The notes beneath the pieces were generated by a model. That model made no database searches. It was not told the DNA's origin and saw only the letters and a program-made list of their open reading frames with translations. Positions 38,616 through 54,044 of a stretch of DNA of 64,000 nucleotides are shown one piece after another. The first letter of the stretch is position 1, and each line of letters begins with the position of its first letter. This DNA is from Octopus vulgaris (lineage: Eukaryota), in NCBI GenBank assembly GCA_951406725.2, contig OX597823.1:73346001-73410000 (forward strand), read 5' to 3'. The position numbers were made by a program, and so were the translations under genes.

Positions 38616-40588
38616 GTTTCTTTATTAGCCACACAGGGCTGCACACAGATAGAACAAATTACAAGGTAGAGCTTTTCTTTTGAAGGTTTTAAAAAAAAAA
38701 AAAAAAGGAAAGGGGGGAGTTTCGATCAAAAGGGATCGTAATAGGAGAGAAAGAGGACAAAAAGGGGGGGTTAAAAAAGGCGGGAGAGGAAAAAAAAATT
38801 GATCAATAGGGATCGTTATCACAGAAATGTCAATATGAAGTGTAAAGGGGAGGACAGGTGAGGTTTACCCGTGGAAACAAAAGCCTACGGAAAAGACCAC
38901 GGTAACCTCGGTCAATGAAGTCACATTTTATATTACTTTTTTTTTTTTTTTTTTTTTCGCAAATAAGCAAATCTCTGTTTTCAATTTCTGGGTTCATAGG
39001 ATTATGCTCAAGGTGGCTTCGTCATTCATACGTGCCATTCTTGCTACATTCACCCATCTTTTTTTAAAACATTCGCTAAACAAAACTTGCCTCTCTACTC
39101 TCACTTTCCTTTTCAAGTGGTACTTGAAGAAGTTGATGAGAGATTGACCAGAGAGGAAAGTGTTTGTCTCCAATCCTTTCAGACGCGTCCACCAGATACA
39201 TTCTTTCGCCATAGCCACAAGGATGATGAAAATAGCTCTTCCTTCCCGTTTGAAGGAAGGAGGCGTGACAATATTGACGATAGACTCAGCTGATAAACCG
39301 ACTCGTCCCACACGTGACAGCAGTTGTTCGACATAAGCCCACAGGTCGGAAATTGTTGGACACTGCACGAGTGCGTGCAGAACGGTTTCGTCGCTCTGAC
39401 CGCATCTCGGGCAGGTCGGCCCCGTGTTTCTCGAGCCGTGTCTGTAGAGCTTATCCCGAACGGGTAGCGCTTCTCGGTAGCACTGCCAGGCCAGGGATCT
39501 CTGGAAGTTGTCCATGGGCCCTGGCCCGAAAGTCGTCCTGAACAGGCGGGTCAGGTACTCCTCGTCGACGTCCAGGTTCGCCCCGAGCTCGTCGTCGTAC
39601 CTCCCCTCCACTAAACCCCTATAGAATGCTTTGGTTGTGTTGAAGTCACTTAAGGTCGACCCAGGACGGCAGAGTTGCTTGAGAGCAACGCGACACTCGC
39701 GGTGCCATTCGCCTTTCCTCGGCCTCTTTTTGATCCACGACTGCAGTTCGGTCATGGAGACGAGCTGCGGGAAAGCGTGCCTCACAAACGGCGACCACAC
39801 CTGTTCACCGTCGTCTACATAGAGCCAGAGATGTCGCAGTCTCAGCGCGTATCTGCGCATCATCAACCACGGCATGCCCAGCCCTCCTTTTAACGGGTGT
39901 TGACAGCAAATGGATCGCCTGACCATCGGGACGCATCCTTTCCACAAGAAGCGAAAGAGAATGCGTTGTAGTTTGGTGATGGTAGGGTTGGGACAAGGTA
40001 CGACGGTCAGGCGGTAGTAGATAACGGACGCGATGTACGTGTTCGCCACCTCCGCTCGACCTTTTAGGGACAGTTTCCTCTCGGCCCATTGCCGGGCGAG
40101 AGTGACCACCCTACTCGTTATCTAGTTCCAGTTCTTCTCCACTTGGAGGTCCGGCCCAAACCAGACCCCGAGCAACTCAACCGGGCCGTCGGTCCAGCGT
40201 CCCACGACGGAGGCGCCGGTGGACGGCATGGGCTTGCTTCTCCAGGTGCCTAGTCGCAAGCCCACTGACTTTTCCCGGTTGATTTTCGCTCCTGTCACCG
40301 CTTCGTAGTTTTTCAGTGTCTCGCCGACCAGCTCGATGTGCTCGTGGCTAGACACTATGACGGTGACGTCGTCCGCGTATGCAGACACGCTCGTCCCGCA
40401 TCCCAATTCTCGCGGGATGCCCCTTAGAGTCGCCAGCTTCCGCAGTAGTGGCTCAAGAGTCAATACGTATAGAAGCGCCGAGAGGGGGCATCCCTGACGG
40501 ACCGAACGTGCAATGTCGAAAGGTCTCGATAGATGTCCATTTACGCGAATTACCGAACGGATGCCTCTGTACAAGGCAGCTATCCAGC
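38616..40588 (-). mobile_element. Young 5'-truncated Tx1-like LINE flanked on both sides by (GATA)n
   Basis: GC-rich block encoding RT ([13 protein letters not shown]) and a CCHC finger; 3' UTR ends gcagccctgtgtggctAATAAAgaaaca then (TATC)n. Confidence 0.9.
38994..40586 (-). pseudogene. Tx1-like ORF2 C-terminal half (RT plus zf-RVT), one in-frame stop
   Basis: ORFs 40122..41120 and 38994..40109 share a frame, split by a TAG at 40122-40124. Motifs QGCPLS, YADD, LSLKGR, GGLG, CPRC-x7-H-x4-C-like finger. Confidence 0.9.
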
Positions 40589-40959
<371 letters not shown>

Positions 40960-41028
40960 ATTACAAATACAAACACAAACATATACATATACATAGAAAG
41001 AATGAGAAAGAAATTGAGTAAGAGAGTG

Positions 41029-41075
<47 letters not shown>

Positions 41076-41999
41076 GGCGTGTAAAATAAATTTAAATATA
41101 CCAAAAATATACATCAACATACTAACAACTTTGCCATAAATCTTGATTTTCCAACATCGTTGAATCGTTTATTATTTAGTCCTATGAGTGAAAAGCTATC
41201 CGTGCAGCTTTTGCTAATTAACAAGGATTGAACAAATATCGCTCCTATGATTGGCTAATATAAACTGGCAACGAATGAAGCACGTATACACGCATTTCGA
41301 TGTGTTATAATGACAATACTTACATTTTGTTTGTGTTGCGTGGATGTGAGTGTATGTATGCGTGTGTATGCTCACCAATGGACAAACATACACAGACACA
41401 AATTGCTTGATGGAAGTTAACAAAGTCTTTAAAGTTTCACTTTCGTTGGCTTTAAAAACTAATAAATAATTATTTGCTGTTATAAATAGCTCTTGTGATT
41501 GAATTTCTTGTAACTATCATACATAAATACAATTTCTTTTCAAGTGAAAAGATTGTTGACAAAGATTTGGCCAAGAACAATCTTGTCCTCTACATAACCT
41601 TTTCCTCTATTACCACCAGATGAAAATTGCCTGATTTTCGCTGCTAACGAAAATCGGTGGGACGGTCTTCACAATATGTTCAGTTCATAGCTTGATCCAT
41701 CCCAAACCTGTAGCGTCTGTTTCACATGATTCAATAAATTATTGATGCTTAAGTAGAGTAATAGTGCGAATAGAACGGTTTCACCAATCTACACACATCT
41801 CGAACAGACTTGGCTGATGAATGTAGATAACTCTTGAACCAGGAATGTCCTCTGCTCTAGTAGCATTACCAGGCCAAGAATTTCTGGAAGTTAACCATGG
41901 AACCCGAACCGAAAATCCTACAGACTTTAATCGACGTTCAGAATTTTTCAATGAACTTCGTCGCTTTTGCACACCAACTTTATATTTCATAGAATTCCA

Positions 42000-43725
42000 A
42001 ATAATAATACAGAAAATAGCACAACCTTAAGTTTGGCAAGACTATCAAACCTACAAAAACCCGAAAATTAAGGAAAAAATGTATGAAAGCCATACTTGAC
42101 ATCGATACCATCATGGAAACCATCAAGCAAAAAGTATGTGCTAAAGCTGCCCACATAGCAACGTATGAAAAGCGCGTTAGATTCTTCAAGGACAGCAACA
42201 AGTTCAAAAATAACTCCAAAATGTTTACAGGAAGATAGCGAAAATACCAGTTACAGTAAAGTCTGTCCCATCAAAAGAAGTGCGGGAATTTTGGAATAAA
42301 ATTTGGGCAGAAGAAATAATGCACAATGAAAAATTCCCTTGGATTGATAGAATATCGACAGACTTAGACGCCTTACAAGAGAAAAAGTAGGAGGCTATTA
42401 AAGTAGTGGATGTAAGATCTACTCTCATGAGGTCAAGCAAATGGAAGTCTCCAGGAAAGGATAAAATTCCTGACTTCTGGTTGAATGCCTTCCCAGAGAG
42501 CCATGAACTGCTAACAGAACTTTACAACGTTGTTTTGCAACACCCTAGTATGATGCATATTCCCTAATGAGCAAAACAAAAAGGATATAAACGTGGGTTT
42601 TATGGTTGTAAAGATCAGCTATTTATCAATAAGATGATCTTGGAGGATTGTTACAAATGACGCATAAATTGTCGATAGCCTGGATAGACTATATAAAGGC
42701 TTTTCATAGTCTACCACATAGCTGGATTAAGAAATGTCTGGAAATGTATAAAATAGCGCCTACTCTGCGAAACTTTTTGTCTGTATGAGATCATGGAGAA
42801 TCACACTGACTTTGAACCGTGACAATGAATCTCTTAATGCTGGAGATGTTAGAATTTCATGTGGCATTTTCCAGGTTGACTCTCTATCACTACTCCTTTT
42901 TTTTTCTAGCCTTAATACTTCTCTTGAAAATGCTTAATGATGTACAATACGGTTATAAAATGTTTCATAAAATTATAAATCATCTCTTTTAAAAAAATGA
43001 CCAACAACTACAGAGCTCACTGGCAATTAACAATTCAATGATGACATCAGAATGCAATTTGACCTTGATAAACGTGCAAAAGCTACTTTTATCAAATGGA
43101 AAATGACACAAACATCTAATGTTAACCTTAACCAGCAGACTGTCATAAAGGAGTTAGAACCAGCAGATATTTGGTATTTGAACCAGAGTTAGAACCAGCA
43201 GATATTTGGTATTTGAAGGGATTAGAGGTATTTGAAGGGAACTGTATCAAACATTCAGTGATGAGGGAAAGGCCCAAAAAAGAATGCTGTCGCAGGGTAA
43301 GATCAATACGCAAGACAGGGCTGAATGCAAGAAACAGGATCGAAACGATCAATACTTTAGCCAGAAAATCTACAAACGTAAACATGACAAAGTAGCCCCA
43401 AACCTCCACTGGCTGTAAGTATGGATATGAGGTTACGGATACTTGGTACCAACATACACCAGAAAACGTAGTGGAGGAAAAGGGGAAAGCAAGAATCCTC
43501 TGAGACTGATTTCCAGACAGACACGGTTTTAGAGCACCCAAGGCCGGATATACTAACCTTTAGGAGGGACAGGCAAGAGTGTCTAATAATCGACGTAGCA
43601 GTGCTAGGAGACCAACATATCATCATGAAGGAAAGAGAAAAAGTTGATAAATAGGAGACCTGAGAATTGAGATCGCTAAGATGTAGCAGCTACGAGAGTC
43701 GAAAATAAAGGTAGGAGCCATGTAT
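42000..43725 (+). pseudogene. Decayed R4/Dong-like LINE ORF (RT plus restriction-like endonuclease)
   Basis: Fragments KWKSPGKDKIPDFWL, GCKDQLFINKMILED, AWIDYIKAFHSLPHSWI, GIFQVDSLS, LNARNRIETINTLA, HDKVA, RPDIL...LIIDVAV...EKVDK; many stops and deletions. Confidence 0.85.
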
Positions 43726-43820
43726 AGGGGCCAGTGTGACAAACCTCCCCTTCCTCAGAAACTGTTGGTCCTGTATCTAAATTAGAATCCATTATTATTG
43801 TGGTGATGAACTGAGGAATC

Positions 43821-44001
43821 GAGTCCCATCTGCAAGGTTATGCACTGTTTATTTTGATATGAGAACACCATGTCATGCACATACGGTTGTGATGCATGTG
43901 CCTGGTGTACCCTTATCAGACGAGTAGTCATGATGGGTATACTGGGCTTCGTATATCTGTACCCCAGTGTCATTTTGATGACATGCACTGCTCTTTCATT
44001 C
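43821..44001 (+). mobile_element. 3' part of the ~545-bp TAA-anchored element
   Basis: gatgcatgtgcctggtgtacccttatcagacg...gcactgctctttcattc followed by (AAT)n. Confidence 0.8.
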
Positions 44002-44846
44002 AATAATAATAATAATAATAATAATAATCATCATCATCATCGTCGTCGTCGTCGTCATCATCATCATCATCATCTCTGATTATCTGTCTAGTTTTCTATT
44101 CATTAATCTGCCCTATTCTATTTCGTTTTGCTTTCGTCATATACCATATGGAATCTCACATTTTCTGCATTAATTTTTCTACTCTGTGCTGATTTGGGAT
44201 TGTCAACCCTTTTCTTTCCTTTCATTTGCTTTTACACCCCCTAGCTTTGATACCTTCATTCAATATTTAAAATCTCCGCACCTGTAACTCAGAAAACACC
44301 GCTGTTTTTGTGGAGATACCAGTGGCAACAAGGTAACAACAGATTTGTATGCGCTGCTGTTGGTATGACTGCTGTTGTTGCTGATAATAGTAATTTTCTT
44401 GACTATCTCTGTTCGACAGTGTTAATATAATCAACTGAACTGTTTCTCCAAATATTGCTGGCCTTTTGCCTAAATAAGAAATGATTATTTAAAAGGCAGC
44501 AGATTTGGCAGAATCATTAGCGTATTGGGAAAATGCCTTGTGGTATTTCTTCAGGCTCTTTATGTTATGAATTATGAATTCAAATCCTGTCAAAATCAAC
44601 TTTGCCTTTCATCTCTCCAGGTTTAATAAATTAGATTATTAGTATTGGAGTCAATATACGCTCTTCCCAAATTGCTTGCCGGTTCTCTAAGTTAGAAATT
44701 ATTATTGAGAAAACAGTATTTTGGCTATAAATGGTTAAAGCGTTAGAAAATGGCTCGTATTATTTCTTATGGCTTTCTAAATACGGGGAGCTGACAGAAT
44801 GGTATAGAGTCAAATTAATGAAAAGAAACTGCGCAGATTGCCAGAG

Positions 44847-44935
<89 letters not shown>

Positions 44936-44948
44936 AACTATTATTATT

Positions 44949-45498
44949 GAGTGAGAGAGCAGTGCATGCCATCAAATTTACACTGGGGTACAAATATACC
45001 CATCGTGACCACCCGTCTGATAAGGGTACACCAGGCATGTGCATCACAACCATATGTGTGAGATATGGGGATCTCATATCAAGATGAACAACGTATGATC
45101 TTGCAGATGGGACCCAGTTTGAATTTTTCAAGTAGATTAGCACATGCCGCTCAAATGATCTCTGAATAAGGTTTGTTTAAGGATGACCAACGAAGTATCC
45201 ATGTTTCCAAAGGTGAATTACACAAACCCTAAAGAATTCTTCTGAACACATGGCTTTGATGTTCCCTCACTACTTCTGCTCATGATCAGAGATGCACATA
45301 TCGTCAGCCAGTAGGAGACATGCCCTACTGGTTAAGGTCAATCAACTGAGAAGCAAATCTGTGGTATTGAGCAGAATACTTGCTGTAGCCCATCTTTTAT
45401 ACCAAGACAAAACAATGCACATGACCACACCTCAAGTCAGTTAAGATCAGAAGTCACGAAAACCAGGTATTGCATCAGGCATTGGTATTGCATCAGGC
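44949..45498 (-). mobile_element. ~545-bp TAA-anchored non-coding element
   Basis: Colinear with 47014-47558; (TAA)n at the 3' end. Confidence 0.8.
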
Positions 45499-45688
45499 GG
45501 AGGGCTGGTAGAATCGTTAACATGCCAGGCAAAATGCTTAGCGGCATTTCGCCCGTCCTTACGTTCTGAGTTGAAATTCCGTCGGGATTAATAAATCGAG
45601 TAGCAATGGAGTACTCGGGTCGATGCAATCGACTAGACCCCTCCCACCAAATTTCAGGCCTGGTGCCTTTAGTAGAAAGGATCATTTC

Positions 45689-45826
<138 letters not shown>

Positions 45827-45834
45827 CATCATCA

Positions 45835-45901
<67 letters not shown>

Positions 45902-46107
45902 GGCAGCAAGCTGGCAGAATCGTTACCGGCATTTCGTCCATCCTTACGTCATTACGTTCTGAGTTCAAATTCCGCCGAGATCGATTTTGCCTTTCATCCT
46001 TTCGGGGTCAATAAATTAAGTACCTGTGGAGTACTGGGGTCGATGTAATCGACTTGTCCCCCACCTCACCCCCACCCAAATTTTCAGGCAGCTTCTACTA
46101 GAAAGGA

Positions 46108-46180
<73 letters not shown>

Positions 46181-46205
46181 CATTATTATTATTATTATTA
46201 TTATT

Positions 46206-46895
46206 CAGTAGTTTTATTTTTATAGCGTGCTTTCACTTCACTACCGAGCGCAGCTCTGTGTGCCTTGCGTATGTGCTGTGATTTGTTGTGATGCTCTGAT
46301 GGTTATTGTATGGAAAGTGTTCTGCGTAGGATGTGTGCAGTGCCTAGTAGTGCAATTTTCTGTATGTTATATGTGTTTGTAAGTCCTGGTGTTTTTGTTA
46401 TGTATTTGTCTGAATATTTTTTTGCCATGCCTAATGCACCTACTATGATAGGAATTGTTTCTGTTTTCAGATTCCACATTCTAGTTACCTCTATTTCCAG
46501 GTCTTTGTATTTTGAGAGTTTCTCCATTTCTTTTAGAGACACGTTGTCATCTGCCGGTATTGATACATCAATTAGAAAGCATTTTTTTTTCTTCATGATC
46601 TCTGACAACTATATCTGGTCTGTTGGCCTTAATTTCTATATCTGTGTGTATCGGCATATCCCAGAGTATGGTTGCTTTCTCGTTTTCTGTGACCTTTTCT
46701 GGTGTGTGCCTATACCATCTTTTTTCTGTTGTTATTCCATAATGTTGGCATAGCTTCCAATGTATGTAGGTTCCAACTCTGTCATATCTGTGAATATATT
46801 CCTTCTTAGCCAGGACTGGGCAGCTAGAGATAATATGATTTATTGTTTCTTGTCCATCTCCACATATACTGCAGTTACTTGTAATATTTCTTTTC
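46206..46895 (-). mobile_element. Young 5'-truncated R4/Dong-like LINE inside (TAA)n
   Basis: CSICGDGQETINHIISSC (CCHC), RYDRV, NRPDIVV...LIDVSIP...EKLSKY (RLE), ending AHILRRTLSIQ*. One frameshift in an A-run; (TAA)n on both sides. Confidence 0.92.
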
Positions 46896-47013
<118 letters not shown>

Positions 47014-47558
47014 GAGTGAGAGAGCAGTGCATGTCATCAAAGTGACACGGGTAAAATATACGAAGCCCAATATACCCATCATGACTACCCGTCTGATAAG
47101 GGTACACCAGGCACATGCATCACAACCATATGTGCGTGACATGGTGATCACATATCAAGATAAACAGCACATGACCTTGCAGGTGGGGTCCAGTTAGAAT
47201 TTTCTTCAGGTTGAGTAGCCCATCCCGCTCAAGAGGTCCCTGAATAAGGGTTGTTTAAGGATGTTGAAAGAACCACCCATATTTCCAGAGGTGAATTATT
47301 CAAACCCCAAAGAATCCCTCTCAACACATGGCTATGATGCTCCCCCACTACTTCTGCTCATGATCAGAGATACACATATCGCCAGCCACCAAGGGACATA
47401 CTCAACTGGTTAAGGTCAAACAACTGACAAGCAAATCTGTGGTATTGAGCAGAATATTTGCTGTAGCCCATCTTTTATACCAAGACAAAACAAGGTACAT
47501 GATAACACAGTTAAGATCAGAAGCCATGAGAGCCAATGCCTTGTACTGCATCAGGGCA
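47014..47558 (-). mobile_element. ~545-bp TAA-anchored non-coding element, apparently full length
   Basis: Minus strand taataat|gccctgatgcagtac ... gcactgctctctcactc|aataataat. Confidence 0.8.
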
Positions 47559-48007
47559 TTATTAATATTAATTTTTATTATTATTACGAAGGCAGTGTTC
47601 TGGCAGAATCGTTACGACGTTGGACGAAATGCATATCGATATTTCGCCCGTCGCTACGTTCGGAATTCGACTAGACCACTTCCCCAAAAGTTTCAGGCTT
47701 TGTGCCAAATAATAGAAAAGAATATTTCTTATAGTTCTTTCTGTTTCGAGGTCGGCTCCCATTGATGTCAATTATTGCCTATTATCCTTCGAGGTCATTA
47801 CACTTAATAAGTAGGAACAATGTATTGATGGTCAGTGTGACAAACCTCTCCTCCTGCAGAAACTGTTGGTCCTGTATCTAAATTAGGATCCACTATTATT
47901 GTGGTGATGAACTGAGGAATATGCAGAGTATAGTATCAAATACTTTATAGAATTTGGTTTCATCATTCTATATTTTGAATTTTAAATCAGTGGTGGTGGT
48001 GGTGGTG

Positions 48008-48076
<69 letters not shown>

Positions 48077-48827
48077 AAGAAAGAAAAGAAAAACAAAGGA
48101 AGAAACGAAAATGGAAGGAAGAAACGAAAAAGAAAGAAATAAATAAAGAAAGAAAGAAAGAAAGAAAGAAAGAAGAAGAAGAAGAAGAAGAAGAAGAAGA
48201 AGAAGAAGAAGAAGAAGAAGAAGAAGAAGAAGAATTTATTTTGATTTCGGCACAGTGCCCGCAGTTTTGTTTTTGACGGGGAGATTGATAAGCCGATAGC
48301 ATTGATGGCAACACTTGGCTGGGTACTTTATTTTATCGTCTCCGGAAGGATGAAAGGCAAAGTTGGTCTTGACGGGATTGATGGTTTTAGTATATTTACA
48401 GTCGCAATTTTATTATACTGAAAAAGAAATTAGAATATATAAAATGTTTCTTTGTGAAAGCCAAAATGCGACTTTATTGGTTATTTAATCGACAGAACAT
48501 TATAACAGAAAAGTGATTTTGTATATGACGTATCTGGTGATTGTCTGCATATATGAGTGTATGTGTCCATCTGAATGAATGTACGTATGTTGTATCGAGA
48601 AAAATAAGATTGATATACGCAGAATGATACATAAATCGATCGACTGTTGGGTAGGTATGTAGACAGGTAGATAGACTGAACAAGTGATATAGTCTGAGAG
48701 AAGGTGGTGGCAATCGGTTAGATATTTATTCTATTACTCTGATACAAACGTTGCTAGTACTGTCTGAAAGAAAATTACATTAATAGTAACCAGGGTGTGA
48801 CAAGAATTTCTATAGCATCCGAGTGTG

Positions 48828-48903
48828 AAAGAAATAGAAGGATGTGAGCGTAGACGTGTTTAAGCATACATACGTATATACAATCATATATATAAACAAA
48901 CAC

Positions 48904-48987
<84 letters not shown>

Positions 48988-49390
48988 CCGTACGTACATA
49001 CATACATACATTCGTGTAATATGAGAAATAATGAAATATCGATAAATTTTGAGATGTTTGGAGAAAATGCAAAATATATGGATACTTAATGTAAATATAT
49101 TTAGGAAAAATAGAATTTATGTAATGTGCTTCGTAATGAACAAGTGGAAGTGTAAGAAGAAAAACAAACACATTTGAAGAACATGTTCACTAAGACAAAG
49201 GAAGCGCATTAAAAGTAGGGAAAGGTGAGCAGAAAAATAGAGGATAAAACAAAACGAAGATACGCGTGACAGTCCGGTATAGAGTGGATATAAGTAGACA
49301 TTTGTGTTTATGTATACCTGTTCATCTTTCCGTCAGCCGTACTTGTCCTTTCTCTTTCTGTCTCCCTCTATGTAAGAAGCCATGCTTGTG

Positions 49391-49450
<60 letters not shown>

Positions 49451-49522
49451 AAATAGAAGGATGTGAGCGTAGACGTGTTTAAGTATACATACGTATGTAC
49501 AATCAAACATATAAACAAACAC

Positions 49523-49559
<37 letters not shown>

Positions 49560-49596
49560 CGTACGTACATACATACATACATTCGTGTAATATGAG
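48828..49596 (+). repeat. Local direct duplication (~48828-49025 / ~49448-49596)
   Basis: aagaaatagaaggatgtgagcgtagacgtgtttaag...(GATA)n...cattcgtgtaatatgaga occurs twice. Confidence 0.85.
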
Positions 49597-49656
49597 ATAT
49601 ATATATATATATATATATATAGAAGAAATATATATATATATAGAAGAAATAGAAGG

Positions 49657-49692
<36 letters not shown>

Positions 49693-49896
49693 TCTTTTAT
49701 TTGTTTCAGTCATTTGACTGAGGCCAAGCTGGAGCACCGCCTTTTAGTCTAGCAAACCGCATTCAGGACTTATTCTTTGTAAGCCTAGTACTTATTTTAT
49801 CGGTCTGTTTTGCTATTTCACGGGGACGTAAACACACCAGCATCTGTTGTCAAGCGATGCTGATGAGATAAACACAGATACACAAACATATACATA

Positions 49897-49956
<60 letters not shown>

Positions 49957-50182
49957 TTTGTACTTGTTTCAGTCATTTGACTGCGGCCATGCTGGAGCAC
50001 CGCCTTTTAGAGTGGTGAAAGAGTACAGCAGGGATCACCACCTCCTGCCGGAGCCTCGTGGAGCTTTTAGGTGTTTTTTTCGCTCAATAAACACACACAA
50101 CGCCCGGTCTGGGAATCGAAACCGCGATCCTCCGACCGCAAGTCCGCTGCCCTAACCGCTAGGCCATTGCGCCTCCATTGCG

Positions 50183-50221
<39 letters not shown>

Positions 50222-50227
<6 letters not shown>

Positions 50228-51126
50228 TAATAAATAAAATATATGCATACATACATACATATATGTACGTACCTACATCTACATGTATATATACATGCAT
50301 ATATAAATATATATATACGTGAGTACAGGACACCACAAATAGACGTAGAACTCAACGAGAAACGAAAACGGAAAAACAAGCATGGAACAAACCATTTTTT
50401 ACAACAGAAAAACAGAGTACAAGACGACCTTCTTTCCCTTTCTGTCTCTCTCTCTCTCTCTCACTCCTTCTCATCTCTCTCTCAGCCGCTTGTCTTCCTC
50501 TATCTCTCTATCTCTCTCTCACTCCTCCTCATCTTTCTCACTGCCAGTCAACTACTTCCTTTTTACATGCGGCCTCCAAACTGTAAACACACTTTTTTTT
50601 CCCTTGCGCTCGCCAGAATCTTCTCCGTCTAAGCCAGAAAAAGGCCTTTTTCGTTTGTTTTCTTGTTTATTTTTTATTTCTCGTATTGTATTTTTTGTAC
50701 ATGTATTTTTATCTTGTATTTTATTTTGTATTTTTATTTGTATCGTTTTTACGTCCTGCTTGTGTTACATTTTTTTTCTTTCTTTCTTTGTTTTTACCCC
50801 TCTGCGAAATAATTTTATTTAATTCTCTCGCAGGAAGGGCTAGTTTGACGAGTCGTGTTCTGTCCTATCTTCGAAACACGCTGGAGTTGAACTAGGGACA
50901 GCTGATGAAGGGGATTTTTCCTTATGTAGTTTGTCTTGTACTCTGTTTTTCTGTTGTAAAAAATGGTTTGTTCCATGCTTGTTTTTCCGTTTTCGTTTCT
51001 CGTTGAGTTCTACGTCTATTTGTGGTGTCCTGTACTCAAGTATATATATTTATATATGCATGTATATATACATGTAGATGTAGGTACGTACATATATGTA
51101 TGCATATATTTTATTTATTACACTAT
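50222..51126. mobile_element. Fold-back element, ~200-bp near-perfect arms (50222-50425 / 50933-51126), Penelope-like
   Basis: gagtacaggacaccacaaatagacgtagaactcaacg / cgttgagttctacgtctatttgtggtgtcctgtactc; spacer holds a gacag-CTGATGA-agggga remnant. Confidence 0.75.
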
Positions 51127-51200
51127 TGTATGACTGAGCGCCCTCGCGTCGATTCGATTCGATTCGTTCGTTTCGTTCCGTTCTTCTTCTCCAAGTACTG

Positions 51201-51234
<34 letters not shown>

Positions 51235-51421
51235 GACGGGCTTCTTTCAGTTTCCGTCTACCAAATCCACTCACAAGGCTTTGGTCGGCCCGGGGCTATA
51301 GTGGAAGACACTTGCCCAAGGTCCCACGCAGTGGGACTGAAACCGAAACGATGTCGTTGGTAAGCAAGCTACTTACCATACAGACAGACAGACAGACAGA
51401 CAGATAGACAGACAGACAGAC

Positions 51422-51532
<111 letters not shown>

Positions 51533-51537
51533 CAGAC

Positions 51538-51614
<77 letters not shown>

Positions 51615-51836
51615 TGTATGTGTACATGTAAATATCTATATGTTTATGTAATTATACGTTTATATATGAATGTATTTATACTGTCGGAAAACGAGTACTC
51701 GATAACTTGGTAGAAATTTATTTGAGTCGAATATTGTGTGCACCTACAAGTAAAACTAAGAGTAGTAAGAGACTTGACTAAAATTTTTTAAAATCATATT
51801 GTGCGTGCGTGCGTGCGTGCGTGCGTCGTGTGTGTA

Positions 51837-51904
<68 letters not shown>

Positions 51905-52179
51905 TATACACAGGGTCGACTTTGCACCATTCCTGACCAGCGGGAAAATCAGTGCAGTGGTTCAATCGTATTTAGTTACTGATACATAGATTAGAATTGT
52001 TACTTTAGAACCATGGGGACCGCGGGCAGCTACCCAATGTGCCCATACCCTAAGATGGCACTCTTTATAAACGCACACACAACCGAGATACACACTTACG
52101 TATATACATTTACACCACACTCACACACACAATATTTATTTTGGTCAAGTCTCTTGCTTTTCTGAGTTACATATATATG

Positions 52180-53045
52180 CAGGGTGCGATGTGTAAATTG
52201 CTGCTATTTTATATTTTAAATTTTGCGCTTGCGCCTTGTTTGTTTTTGATTTTGTCGACTACACAGTAAAGTAGGGTCAGTTGGGCACCTTCAGAGAGAA
52301 AAACATCACCATGACGCAATTCACTCTGCCAGAAATTTGGAAACGACCTGCTGTACTGCTTAGGATTCGCACCGTAGCTCCAATACAAACATTTCACGGG
52401 ATTTGGGTGTTAATCTGAGGACTGTGCAATCTGATGACATGTACCGAGAGTGATAAAAATCAAACATTCAATCAATGTCATGGTCATTGAAGTGATCACA
52501 AGTGATGGCGATGTTATTGCCTCCACTCATCTTCCATTGCCTCAGACTTAACACGGAGACCTACATCAAGTACCTGCAGGAGGTAGTGCTACTCTGGGTC
52601 AAGAAGGTGGCTGCTGGAAGACGCTATGTTTGGCAACATAACTCTGCTCCATGCCACATAAGCAGGAGAACCCAATCATGGTTGTCAGACAATTTCTGCT
52701 ACCGGGTCACCCCTAACATCTGGCCACCTAACTCCCTAGACTGCAAACCCCTTGATTATTACGTATGGGGTGCAGTTGAGAGAGAAGCCAACAAAACTCG
52801 TAACACCAAAGGATTATGGCAACATTCACCAACTTAAACAAAGAGACCGTCCAGAAGAGTTGCAGAGATTCTGAAGTAGTGTGGAGGTCGTGATTGAAGC
52901 CAATGGCGAATCTATTGAATAAATTTACTCGTTAGTTTTTCAAGATATTTTTATATAACCTTGGTAAATATATTTGTTAAAATGAGATGTCAGTGTTATT
53001 TTCATTTCTGCGTAATTTAGACGACAGTTTATTCATCGAACGCTG
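52180..53045 (+). mobile_element. Internally deleted maT-like (DD37D) Tc1/mariner transposon
   Basis: WQHNSAPCH...WPPNSLDCKPLDYYVWG with 37 residues between the second (mutated to N) and third catalytic positions; degenerate TIRs cagggtgcgatg / catcgaacgctg. Confidence 0.85.
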
Positions 53046-53068
53046 TGTGTGTATATACATATATATAT

Positions 53069-53161
<93 letters not shown>

Positions 53162-53933
53162 CGCCACTCCCCCACCGTAACTTAGCAGTTCGGCAAAAGA
53201 GACCGATAGAATAAGTTCTAGGCTTACAAAGAATAAGTCCTGCGGTCGATTTGCTCGACTAAAAAAGGCAGTGCTCCAGCATGGCCACAGTCAAATGACT
53301 GAAACAAGTAAAAGTGTAAAAGAGATACATACATAAGCATCTACGCACGCACATACATACATACATACATACATACATACATACATACATACATACATAC
53401 ATACATACATACGGGTGTGTGTGTTATCACTTATGGACTTACTATATTTAAAAACTCACATATATTAACAGCAGGCTAAAGTCGTCCAACAGCGGCGGTG
53501 ATATTGCTAAGCGTACATTGCTGTGCCTTAGATTTTATCAGTAACACGTATTCGCTGGCAACCACAGGCTGAAACAAAATCCTTCACCACTCATATAGGT
53601 GGGAAGACTTTTGTAAATTGCATTTTCGAAATCTGAATGTGCACCATTGAATAGTGAGCGGGTGTAGTGCCGTCCAGTCCCTTAGCAATGAACATCTACA
53701 AGCTACTGACAAAGCTCAAAGAGGCAAAAATGCACATCTTTTACTGTCACGGCCTCAACTAGAGGATTTCAGTCTGCTGTTTTTAAAAAGCAGTAAATCT
53801 ATAAGAGATATCTCTGGGCGATAACCTGAATTAGTGTACCTTTTGTGATTTAGTGTTGTCTTTGCATTAAGTATGATACACAGATGGCTTTTTATAATAT
53901 AGCACTGCGTATGATGCACATAATGGATATGTA

Positions 53934-54044
<111 letters not shown>

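Noticed and set aside
47014-47558. Derivation of the TAA-anchored element from 28S, 5S, U2 or 7SL RNA
   Set aside because: Only a short, weak resemblance by eye; no conserved block could be aligned.
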